DNA from: an uncultured Lachnospiraceae bacterium
GTDB taxonomy: Bacteria > Bacillota > Clostridia > Lachnospirales > Lachnospiraceae
Reading direction: 5' to 3'
NCBI GenBank assembly: GCA_900539175.1
Contig: UQAW01000003.1
Coordinates: 16,341-80,340 of the forward strand
DNA length: 64,000 bases
Position 1 is the stretch's first letter. The number at the start of each line of letters is the position of its first letter. Below the pieces are notes generated by a model. It did not search any database. It saw nothing but the letters and a program-made list of their open reading frames with translations, and was not told the DNA's origin. The position numbers were made by a program, and so were the translations under genes. Positions 38,713 through 47,204 of this stretch are shown here, piece by piece.

Positions 38713-39453
38713 TCAGAATGGATTTACAAGTCGGGGCAGCACATTCTCGGGTTTGTCCAGGATCACCAGATCAGCACGATAATCCTGATGGTGGGGTTCC
38801 TTATGGATGAGTACAAGGTTGCTGCCGCTGAAATACTTGATATAGTGGTGAAAAACATCTGACTCCAGAGTGGTTCCAAGCAAAAGAAGAGTGTCTGCTT
38901 TTTCAACCTCCAATGCAGTTCTTGTCATAATCTGACTGTCAAGCATCTCGCCGTAAAGCAGAAGCTTGGGGCGGATTGTATAGCCGCAGGATTCACAGCG
39001 GGGCACTTTCTCGGAGTTGAGCACGTAATCTTTGGCGTAGATACGTTGGCAATGAGGACAGATGAAGTGATTGGCTGTTCCGTGAAGGTGAATCACATTC
39101 TGGCATCCTGCTTTTGTATCCAGCTCAAAAACGTTCGTTGTAATAATGCACTTGAGAAGCCCCAGACGTTCCAGTTCTGCCATTGCATAAGAGGATGGAC
39201 CGGGGGTCAGGTTTAAAGTGAGCATTTCCTCTTTGAAAAATTCATAAAATTTTTCAGGTCTCGTGTTAAAATAAGCGCTGGTATAGATATATTCCGGGGA
39301 TACTCCATATTTTTCTTCGATTTCATAGCTGTAATTTGGAGATTTCAGGCTGGAGAGACCGCATTCTTTCAGCATACCAGAACCGCACAAGGCTACGGTA
39401 TGAGTGCTGTTGTTAAGGATTTGTTTTAGATAGGAAAGCTTGTCCATCGACAT
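38713..39453 (-). CDS. NAD-dependent protein deacylase, Sir2 family
   Basis: The motifs GSGMLKECG, a zinc ribbon CPHC...CESCG and ITTNVFELD are present. Confidence 0.82.
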   Translation of the reverse strand: MSMDKLSYLKQILNNSTHTVALCGSGMLKECGLSSLKSPNYSYEIEEKYGVSPEYIYTSAYFNTRPEKFYEFFKEEMLTLNLTPGPSSYAMAELERLGLLKCIITTNVFELDTKAGCQNVIHLHGTANHFICPHCQRIYAKDYVLNSEKVPRCESCGYTIRPKLLLYGEMLDSQIMTRTALEVEKADTLLLLGTTLESDVFHHYIKYFSGSNLVLIHKEPHHQDYRADLVILDKPENVLPRLVNPF

Positions 39454-39760
39454 AAAAACACCTCGTTTCTTTTGAAAGAATAAATTTTCTCTTGTTTTGC
39501 TTGTGATGACATTATTATGCTATAATAAAGGAGAAAATTCATCAAAATTCTTATAAAAATTTAAAAAATATTATATTGTTGTAGACATAACAGAAAAAAG
39601 ATAAATTTACAGAAAAGTCTTTTATTGCTTCTGTAAATGGTATATACTTACAATATAGTAAGTAAACGGACTCCATGACCCTGCGTGTGCCAGCACACTC
39701 CGGTTCATGGCTGCTGTCCGGGACTTTCATAGAAAGGTATTACAAGGAGATGATCGTTTC

Positions 39761-39802
39761 ATGATTTTCAGAACATTTGTAGGAGCAATAGACAGGGTGT
39801 AA
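39761..39802 (+). CDS. possible 13-aa leader micro-ORF (MIFRTFVGAIDRV) in the PPK2 5' leader
   Basis: AAGGAG sits 8 nt upstream of the ATG, inside a hairpin-rich leader of about 240 nt. This is speculative. Confidence 0.15.
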   Translation: MIFRTFVGAIDRV

Positions 39803-39845
39803 TGACAGAAGCAGGGATTCATAAGAATGAATAGGAGGGAGTTCT

Positions 39846-41402
39846 ATGCTGGAACAAATTGATTTGACCAAAAAGATGACGAAGAAGGACTTTAAAGAGC
39901 GTATGGAGGTGTTGGAACCCGAATTGGGGCGTCTTCAGCGGAGATGCAAAGAACTGGGGATTCCGGTTATGGTCGTCTTTGAAGGGTTTGGTGCGGCGGG
40001 GAAAGGGTATCAGATCAGCAGATTGATACGTGCGTTGGATCCCCGGGGATTTTCTGTGTATGCGGTTGGAAAGGAGACAGAAGAGGAACGTATGCACCCG
40101 TTCCTGTGGCGTTTCTGGACAAAGACACCTGCAAAAGGACAATTTGCACTTTATGACCGGAGCTGGTATCGAAAAGTACTGATTGATCGGTTTGATAAAG
40201 TTACACCGAAGAGTCAGCTTGCTTCTGCCTATGAGGAAATCAATTCTTTTGAACGGCAGTTGGCTGATGGAGGCACGGTGTTGATAAAACTATTTCTCTG
40301 TATTTCAAAGAAGGAACAGAAAAAAAGATTTCAAAAACTGCAGGATTCACCATTCAGTGCATGGCGGGTGACGAAGGATGACCTGAAGCGTAATCACCAG
40401 TTCGATGAGTATAAGCAGATGAATGATGAAATGTTGGAAAAGACGGATACCGACTATGCCCACTGGACGTTGATTGAATCTATGGATCGGGAATTTGCCA
40501 CAGCAAAAATCTATACGGCAGTGATTACAACACTTCAGGCGGCAGTTCAAAAAAAGGATACACAGCTTGCTGAAAAATCAGTCCGGAAAACAAGGCGGGT
40601 AAAAAAAGAGGAAGAACAACCGGCAGCAGAGCCGATACAGAAAGATGAGGTGCTTCGGACCTCCAGTCTTCAGAATGTAGATTTGTCTCTGAAATTGACA
40701 CAGGCTCAGTATAAGAAAAAGTTATCGGAGCTGCAAAGTGAGATTGCAAGACTTCACGGGGAATTGTATCGGCGGAGAATTCCTATGGTAATCGGGTTTG
40801 AAGGCTGGGATGCCGGAGGAAAGGGCGGTGCCATCAAACGTCTGACAGAAACCATGGATCCGCGCGGTTATCAGGTAAATCCTGTATCTGCACCAAATGA
40901 CATAGAGAAAGTGCATCATTATCTCTGGCGCTTCTGGCAGCATATGCCGAAGGATGGTCATATTGCCGTCTTTGACCGAACGTGGTACGGAAGAGTAATG
41001 GTGGAGCGTATTGAAGGTTTCTGCAGTGAGCATGAGTGGCAGCGTGCTTATCAGGAGATCAATGATATGGAGAAAAATCTCCATCAACACGGGGCAATTG
41101 TTTTGAAATTCTGGATGCAGATTGATAAGGATGAGCAGGAACGCCGTTTCAGAGAAAGGATGGAGAACCCTGAAAAACAATGGAAGATTACGGATGAAGA
41201 CTGGAGAAACCGGGAAAAGTGGGAACTCTATGAGACGGCAGTGGATGAAATGCTGGTTCGAACCTCTACCACATATGCTCCGTGGATTATTGTGGAAGGG
41301 AATTGTAAATATTATGCCCGTATCAAAGTGCTTCAGTCAGTAGTGGATGCTGTACATCAGCGTTTGTCAGCTGAACAGAAGGCGGAAGAAGAGAAAAACT
41401 AA
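39846..41402 (+). CDS. two-domain polyphosphate kinase 2 family protein (polyphosphate:AMP phosphotransferase-like)
   Basis: Two tandem PPK2 domains each carry Walker A-like FEGFGAAGKG / FEGWDAGGKG and the lid motif. Confidence 0.82.
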   Translation: MLEQIDLTKKMTKKDFKERMEVLEPELGRLQRRCKELGIPVMVVFEGFGAAGKGYQISRLIRALDPRGFSVYAVGKETEEERMHPFLWRFWTKTPAKGQFALYDRSWYRKVLIDRFDKVTPKSQLASAYEEINSFERQLADGGTVLIKLFLCISKKEQKKRFQKLQDSPFSAWRVTKDDLKRNHQFDEYKQMNDEMLEKTDTDYAHWTLIESMDREFATAKIYTAVITTLQAAVQKKDTQLAEKSVRKTRRVKKEEEQPAAEPIQKDEVLRTSSLQNVDLSLKLTQAQYKKKLSELQSEIARLHGELYRRRIPMVIGFEGWDAGGKGGAIKRLTETMDPRGYQVNPVSAPNDIEKVHHYLWRFWQHMPKDGHIAVFDRTWYGRVMVERIEGFCSEHEWQRAYQEINDMEKNLHQHGAIVLKFWMQIDKDEQERRFRERMENPEKQWKITDEDWRNREKWELYETAVDEMLVRTSTTYAPWIIVEGNCKYYARIKVLQSVVDAVHQRLSAEQKAEEEKN

Positions 41403-41511
41403 AGAAAGAATGCCGCTCATTAATATTTTATAAAGTCGTCGGGAATTGTTGACTTCCGAAAAAAAGATGCGTATTATTCATAAGTAAGAGAACTGTGAAG
41501 GGAGGCAGCAT

Positions 41512-43365
41512 ATGAAAGAAGTGAAATCACCGAAGAAGCCGATGGCTTTTTATTATCTTGTAGCCATTGTAGCCATACTTCTGATGAATGCATTGTTTTT
41601 TCCAAAAGTTTTGGAACGGCAGGTGAAAGAAGTTGATTACGGTGTCTTTAAAGAGATGATAAGGGAAGGTGATATCGGTGCCGTACAGATTGAGAAGGAT
41701 GATAAAATCACATTCACGGATAAATCCGGAGAAAATTATTATAAAACAGGATATCTGGAGGATGCGGATCTGATTTCTCAATTGGAGGAAAAGGGGATTT
41801 CCAGATACGGAACCCCGATTGTGGAGAAAGCTTCTCCGATTCTTACGTTTTTGATTTCCTGGCTTTTGCCGATTGTGCTTATGATTGCGGTGGGACAGCT
41901 GTTGATGCGCCAATTGACAAAGAAGATGGGCGGAGGCATGGGAAATGCCATGAGTTTCGGCAAAAGTAATGCGAAAATTTATGTACAGTCGGAGACCGGT
42001 ATTAAGTTCCGCGATGTAGCCGGCGAAGATGAGGCCAAGGAGGTTTTGCAGGAAATTGTAGATTTTCTGCATAATCCGCAGAAGTATACGGAAATCGGTG
42101 CCAAGATGCCGAAAGGAGCACTGTTGGTGGGACCTCCGGGAACCGGTAAAACATTACTTGCAAAAGCTGTGGCAGGCGAGGCAAATGTTCCGTTCTTTTC
42201 CATCTCAGGTTCTGAATTTGTAGAGATGTTTGTGGGTATGGGCGCCGCCAAGGTTCGTGATCTTTTTAAACAGGCGAATGACAAAGCTCCTTGTATTGTA
42301 TTCATTGATGAGATTGATACAATTGGTAAAAAGCGTGACGGCGGCGGATTCAGCGGAAATGATGAACGTGAGCAGACGCTGAATCAGCTGCTGACAGAGA
42401 TGGATGGATTTGACGGGAAGAAAGGAGTGGTTATTCTTGCCGCCACCAATCGTCCGGAGTCCCTGGATCCGGCATTGCTGCGTCCGGGTCGTTTTGACCG
42501 CCGGGTTCCGGTGGAGCTTCCGGATCTGAAAGGTCGTGAGGAGATCCTGAAAGTACATGCAAAGAATATCCGGATCAGTGACAATGTGGATTTTGCATCC
42601 ATTGCCCGGGCAGCTTCGGGTGCAAGCGGTGCAGAATTAGCCAATATGATTAACGAGGGGGCCCTGCGGGCAGTCAGGGATGGACGGAAGTTTGTGACTC
42701 AGGCTGATCTGGAAGAGAGCGTGGAAGTTGTCATAGCCGGATATCAGAAGAAGAATAAAATTCTTTCGGATAAGGAAAAACTGATCGTTTCTTATCATGA
42801 AGTAGGACATGCGCTTGTGGCTGCTTTGCAGACGCACTCTGCACCGGTTACCAAAATTACGATTATTCCAAGAACATCGGGCGCATTGGGATATACGATG
42901 CAGGTAGATGAGGAAGATCATAATCTGATGTCGAAAGAGGAATTAGAGAACAGGATTGCAACATTTACCGGAGGACGTGTGGCGGAGGATCTGGTATTTC
43001 ATTCTGTCACCACCGGTGCATCCAATGATATCGAGCAGGCGACAAAGATGGCTCGTGCTATGATTACCCGGTTCGGCATGAATGACGAAATCGGAATGGT
43101 TGCTTTTGAGACGGTAAATAATCCATATTTGGGAAATGATACGACTCTGATGTGTTCAGAGCAGACGGCATCTGAGATTGATAAAAAGGTAATTCAGGTT
43201 GTGGGACAGGCATATGAGAAGGCGGAGCATCTGCTGAAAGAGAATATGGCGAAGTTACATGAACTGGCAAAATTTTTGTATGAGAAGGAAACGATTAACG
43301 GGGAGGAATTTATGGAAATTCTTCAAAGAGAGCCGGAGAAATTGACTTCTTTAACAAAAGAATAA
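41512..43365 (+). CDS. ftsH: ATP-dependent zinc metalloprotease FtsH
   Basis: An N-terminal TM is followed by AAA+ Walker A GPPGTGKT and the HEVGHA zinc site. Confidence 0.95.
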   Translation: MKEVKSPKKPMAFYYLVAIVAILLMNALFFPKVLERQVKEVDYGVFKEMIREGDIGAVQIEKDDKITFTDKSGENYYKTGYLEDADLISQLEEKGISRYGTPIVEKASPILTFLISWLLPIVLMIAVGQLLMRQLTKKMGGGMGNAMSFGKSNAKIYVQSETGIKFRDVAGEDEAKEVLQEIVDFLHNPQKYTEIGAKMPKGALLVGPPGTGKTLLAKAVAGEANVPFFSISGSEFVEMFVGMGAAKVRDLFKQANDKAPCIVFIDEIDTIGKKRDGGGFSGNDEREQTLNQLLTEMDGFDGKKGVVILAATNRPESLDPALLRPGRFDRRVPVELPDLKGREEILKVHAKNIRISDNVDFASIARAASGASGAELANMINEGALRAVRDGRKFVTQADLEESVEVVIAGYQKKNKILSDKEKLIVSYHEVGHALVAALQTHSAPVTKITIIPRTSGALGYTMQVDEEDHNLMSKEELENRIATFTGGRVAEDLVFHSVTTGASNDIEQATKMARAMITRFGMNDEIGMVAFETVNNPYLGNDTTLMCSEQTASEIDKKVIQVVGQAYEKAEHLLKENMAKLHELAKFLYEKETINGEEFMEILQREPEKLTSLTKE

Positions 43366-43368
43366 AGT

Positions 43369-43406
43369 GAGAAAACATCCGGCTGTATTTGGGCGGATGT
43401 TTTTTC
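43369..43406 (+). terminator. rho-independent terminator after ftsH
   Basis: The stem catccgg...ccggatg is followed by TTTTTT. Confidence 0.55.
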
Positions 43407-43635
43407 GTGAAAGGAAAAAGTATGATAATGAGGAGTTGTTACGAAAGTGTGAAAAAAGGGTAGAAAGGATTATTGAAAATAACGGATTCCGGATCGAAAT
43501 TTCATGAAAAAAGTATAAATTTAGGGGTGTCGTATTTTAGAATTCTATGATATAATAAATGCCATGGAACGTTTTGTAATATAAATGTAATAAATTGTAA
43601 AATATTAAGTTTACATAAGAGGAGTAGCAGGGAGT

Positions 43636-45006
43636 ATGAGGAATAAGAAGATGAGGAATACGAAGGCGGCAGGGATTGTGCTTGCATTGGTGCTGACAAT
43701 TTCCAATGTTTATCCGGTTATGGCAACATCGGCCGCCGGAGGAAAAATGCAGGAGCAAGTGCAGAGTGGGAAAAAGGAAGGAAAGGTTATTTTTCTTGAT
43801 ACCAAGGCTGGAAAGGATGAAGCGGACGGAGCTTCAGAGAAAAATGCGGTAAAATCATTGGATCAGGCACTGAAACTGACAGGTGAGAAGGGCAGGATCA
43901 TACTTTGTGGGGAGACAAAGTTGGATGAAGCGGAAAAGACAAAGATTCCCGCAGGAATTCAGGTTCAGACTTTAAAAAATTATCAGGACTCTCTGGTTGT
44001 GACAACACCGGAGGCAACGCCGACACCAGAGGCTGCAGCAACGCCGGAAGTGACGCCGACACCGGAGGTTACGGCAGCACCGGAAGCGACGCCGACACCA
44101 GAGGCTACAGTAACGCCAACACCGGAGGTTACAGTAACGCCAACACCAGAGGTTACGGTAACACCAACACCACAGATTACACCTCAGCCGGGAGTGACAC
44201 CGACACCGGAACCAACGGCAGGACCGGAAGATATGGAAATTCCGGAAGAAAGCCCGATTGTTTCAGACAACAATACGGAGGGGCAGCAGGAAAAAGATAA
44301 GCAGCAGGACGGTGGATTGGAAGAAGAGAGCACGGAAGATAAGAAGCAGGAGAATGAGACGAAAGTAAGTGATATTGAAGACCAGCAAGTTGAAGAGAAG
44401 AAAATGATGGCACTTTCTGCAAATGTTGCTTATGAGTCTGAGAACGAAGGTGACGAGACCAGTTCGGTGGATACAGAAGAAGAACGCACAGCAAAAGCAG
44501 CGGAAACGGCGAAAGAGGATCAATTGTCAGCGCTTGCCACAGCAGCTAATACAGCAGGATCCGGTAAACGTTCAATTGGAAGCATTCTGGTAGGGAATAC
44601 AGATGATTTTTATCAGAGTGCCAGTGCAGGAAACAGCACAGGAAATAATAACAATAGCTCTAATAAAGGGAATACTTCATCAGGCGGTGGAAGCAGTACA
44701 TCAGGGAATGGAACGAAGTCTTCAAATAAGGGGAGTAATTCTGGCTCTTCCACAACAAAAAAGAGTTCTTCCGGAAGTACTGCCAAGAAAGTGACAACAC
44801 AGACGCCGTCGAGAACCTCAGGCAGGTCCAGAGCATATGTGAAGACCGGTGATACGAATCAGGTGCTGCCGCTTACTGTATCTTCTGTGATGGCATTGCT
44901 GATGGGTGTCTCACTTGCAGGAATGAAGATGGAAAGAAAGCGTAATTGTATGCGCGCGCAGGCAGCAGAAGAATGGAATACGTTCCATGAGGCATGCAGA
45001 TTTTGA
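43636..45006 (+). CDS. secreted Thr/Pro-repeat surface protein with C-terminal membrane anchor and atypical sorting-like signal
   Basis: There is a signal peptide. A TPEATPTPEV repeat block is followed by a Ser/Gly/Asn-rich low-complexity region. The C-terminus reads KTGDTN, then a hydrophobic helix, then KMERKR. Confidence 0.55.
   Translation: MRNKKMRNTKAAGIVLALVLTISNVYPVMATSAAGGKMQEQVQSGKKEGKVIFLDTKAGKDEADGASEKNAVKSLDQALKLTGEKGRIILCGETKLDEAEKTKIPAGIQVQTLKNYQDSLVVTTPEATPTPEAAATPEVTPTPEVTAAPEATPTPEATVTPTPEVTVTPTPEVTVTPTPQITPQPGVTPTPEPTAGPEDMEIPEESPIVSDNNTEGQQEKDKQQDGGLEEESTEDKKQENETKVSDIEDQQVEEKKMMALSANVAYESENEGDETSSVDTEEERTAKAAETAKEDQLSALATAANTAGSGKRSIGSILVGNTDDFYQSASAGNSTGNNNNSSNKGNTSSGGGSSTSGNGTKSSNKGSNSGSSTTKKSSSGSTAKKVTTQTPSRTSGRSRAYVKTGDTNQVLPLTVSSVMALLMGVSLAGMKMERKRNCMRAQAAEEWNTFHEACRF
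44010..44200 (+). repeat. intragenic tandem repeats encoding the (T/A)PEVTPTPE linker
   Basis: Units of about 24-27 nt, ACGCCGACACCGGAGGTTACGG-like, repeat about seven times. Confidence 0.6.
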
Positions 45007-45030
45007 ACAATTCCTAACATATTGTGAACA

Positions 45031-45066
45031 ACCCTCCCATATAGTATAAATATGGGAGGGACTTTT
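45031..45066 (+). terminator. hairpin terminator (11-bp stem plus TTTTT) abutting the next start codon
   Basis: The stem ccctcccatat...atatgggaggg is followed by ACTTTTT, then the ATG. Confidence 0.5.
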
Positions 45067-45067
45067 T

Positions 45068-45442
45068 ATGAATCAGACACAGCCGGTTGTACAAAAGATG
45101 TTACGTGTATTGAAAGCACTTCTGGCAGCATATCTATTGACTACTGTTTGTCTGATGATTCTTGCATTTCTTCTGCTGAAACTGGACTTGAATGAGGGGA
45201 ATGTGAATATTGGAATCATCATAACGTATCTGCTGTCTTGTTTCCTCGGGGGCTTCATTTTGGGAAAGACCATGGGAAGGAGAAAATTTCTCTGGGGCAT
45301 GGGGCTTGGTGCGGCTTATTTTGTGATAGCGCTGGTGATTTCAGCAATTGCATATCAGGGGATGCCCTCTGTAGCTACCCATGTGATCACTACGATGTTG
45401 CTCTGCGTCGGAGGAGGCATGGGAGGGGGAATGCTATCATAA
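45068..45442 (+). CDS. small integral membrane protein (4 predicted TM helices)
   Basis: The product is hydrophobic and 124 aa. A GGGAGGG ribosome-binding site precedes it. The gene sits immediately upstream of the SCIFF gene. Confidence 0.5.
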   Translation: MNQTQPVVQKMLRVLKALLAAYLLTTVCLMILAFLLLKLDLNEGNVNIGIIITYLLSCFLGGFILGKTMGRRKFLWGMGLGAAYFVIALVISAIAYQGMPSVATHVITTMLLCVGGGMGGGMLS

Positions 45443-45512
45443 AAAAACACTTTAAAAATTGAGAAGGCTATGTTATAATCATATCTAGCTAAAATATAAG
45501 GAGGAACAAGCG

Positions 45513-45656
45513 ATGAAGCATATCAAAACTTTGAATACCAAAAGTTTACAGAATACAGTGAAAAAAGGCGGATGCGGCGAATGTCAGACTTCCTGCCAGT
45601 CTGCATGCAAGACTTCTTGTACTGTAGGAAACCAGAGCTGCGAACATAAAAACTGA
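45513..45656 (+). CDS. SCIFF six-cysteine ranthipeptide precursor (47 aa)
   Basis: The translation MKHIKTLNTKSLQNTVKKGGCGECQTSCQSACKTSCTVGNQSCEHKN has six Cys in the C-terminal core. AAGGAGG lies 7-8 nt upstream. The gene lies 160 nt upstream of a SPASM radical SAM gene and matches the TIGR03973 family pattern. Confidence 0.8.
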   Translation: MKHIKTLNTKSLQNTVKKGGCGECQTSCQSACKTSCTVGNQSCEHKN

Positions 45657-45819
45657 TTATGCGACCAGACCCTGATTGGTCTGGTGACAGGTCTGTGGGA
45701 GAATTCCTGCAGACACGCTCTAGTGAACGGGACAGTACACTAGTAATAGAACGCAGAGAAAGAATCAATGTTCCCAGGCCGCAAGGTTATGGGAACATTG
45801 TCTTGAAGGGAGAAGGCTT

Positions 45820-47178
45820 TTGATACATCAATATAAAAGCAATGGATACAACATCGTGCTGGATATTAACAGCGGTTCGGTTCATGTAGTTGATGATCTG
45901 GTATATGACGTGCTGGAACAGATGCAGAAGTCCGATGACGGAGAAGAAATCAGCCGTAATCTGGAAGTCAGGTATCCGTTGGACGAGATAAGAGAAGCAG
46001 TGAAAGAATGCGAAGAATTGAAAAGACAGGGAATGTTGTTTACAACAGATATTTACGAAAAGGCCGTGGATGCTTTTCGGGACCGGCCGGTCGTTGTAAA
46101 GGCACTTTGTCTTCACATTGCGCATGACTGCAACCTTGCCTGCCGTTATTGCTTTGCTGAGGAAGGTGAATATCACGGAAGAAGGGCTTTGATGTCCTTT
46201 GAAGTGGGGAAAAAGGCTTTGGATTTTCTGATCGCCAATTCCGGAAGCAGAAGGAATCTGGAAGTGGATTTCTTCGGCGGAGAACCGCTTATGAACTGGC
46301 AGGTGGTGAAGGATCTGGTTGCATATGGCAGGGAACAGGAAAAAGTACATAATAAGAATTTCCGTTTCACATTGACAACCAATGGAGTTTTGTTAAATGA
46401 TGAGATCATGGAATTCTGCAATCGAGAAATGGGAAATGTCGTTTTAAGCATTGACGGAAGAAAAGAAGTTCATGATTTCATGCGTCCCTTCCGGAATGGA
46501 AAAGGAAGCTATGATCTGATTATACCGAAATTCCAGAAATTTGCGGATAGCCGGAATCAGGACAAGTATTATGTGCGCGGCACATTTACACATTTCAATC
46601 TGGATTTTGCGAAAGATGTCCTGCATCTGGCAGATCTTGGCTTTAAGCAGATTTCTGTGGAACCGGTCGTGGCTCCGCCGGAAGCCGATTACGCCATCCG
46701 GGAGGAAGATTTGCCGATCATCTTTGAACAGTATGACATTCTGGCAAAAGAGATGATTCGGCGGGAGAAAGAAGGAAGAGGGTTTAATTTCTTTCATTTT
46801 ATGATTGATTTGACAGGAGGTCCCTGCGTGTACAAACGTTTGTCCGGCTGTGGTTCGGGAACGGAGTATCTGGCGGTCACGCCGTGGGGAGATTTCTATC
46901 CCTGTCATCAGTTTGTGGGGAATGAAGCATTTTTGCTCGGCAATGTGGAAGAAGGTGTCGTGCAAAGAGATCTGATCTGTGAATTTCAGCAGTGTAATGT
47001 CTATGCCAAAGATGAATGCAGAAACTGTTTTGCGAGATTTTACTGCAGCGGTGGGTGTGCGGCAAATGCCTATAACTTCCATCAGAAGATTACCGCTGTT
47101 TACGAGGTTGGATGTAAGATGCAGCAAAAGCGGATTGAGTGTGCATTGATGATAAAGGCAGCATTAGCTGAAGAATAA
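45820..47178 (+). CDS. SCIFF radical SAM maturase (SPASM-domain ranthipeptide synthase)
   Basis: The N-terminus MIHQYKSNGYNIVLDINSGSVH is typical of this maturase. The radical SAM CxxxCxxC is CNLACRYC. A C-terminal Cys-rich SPASM domain follows. The gene uses a TTG start. Confidence 0.82.
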   Translation: MIHQYKSNGYNIVLDINSGSVHVVDDLVYDVLEQMQKSDDGEEISRNLEVRYPLDEIREAVKECEELKRQGMLFTTDIYEKAVDAFRDRPVVVKALCLHIAHDCNLACRYCFAEEGEYHGRRALMSFEVGKKALDFLIANSGSRRNLEVDFFGGEPLMNWQVVKDLVAYGREQEKVHNKNFRFTLTTNGVLLNDEIMEFCNREMGNVVLSIDGRKEVHDFMRPFRNGKGSYDLIIPKFQKFADSRNQDKYYVRGTFTHFNLDFAKDVLHLADLGFKQISVEPVVAPPEADYAIREEDLPIIFEQYDILAKEMIRREKEGRGFNFFHFMIDLTGGPCVYKRLSGCGSGTEYLAVTPWGDFYPCHQFVGNEAFLLGNVEEGVVQRDLICEFQQCNVYAKDECRNCFARFYCSGGCAANAYNFHQKITAVYEVGCKMQQKRIECALMIKAALAEE

Positions 47179-47204
47179 ATCTCAAGACAAAGGGGAAAAA
47201 AGAC

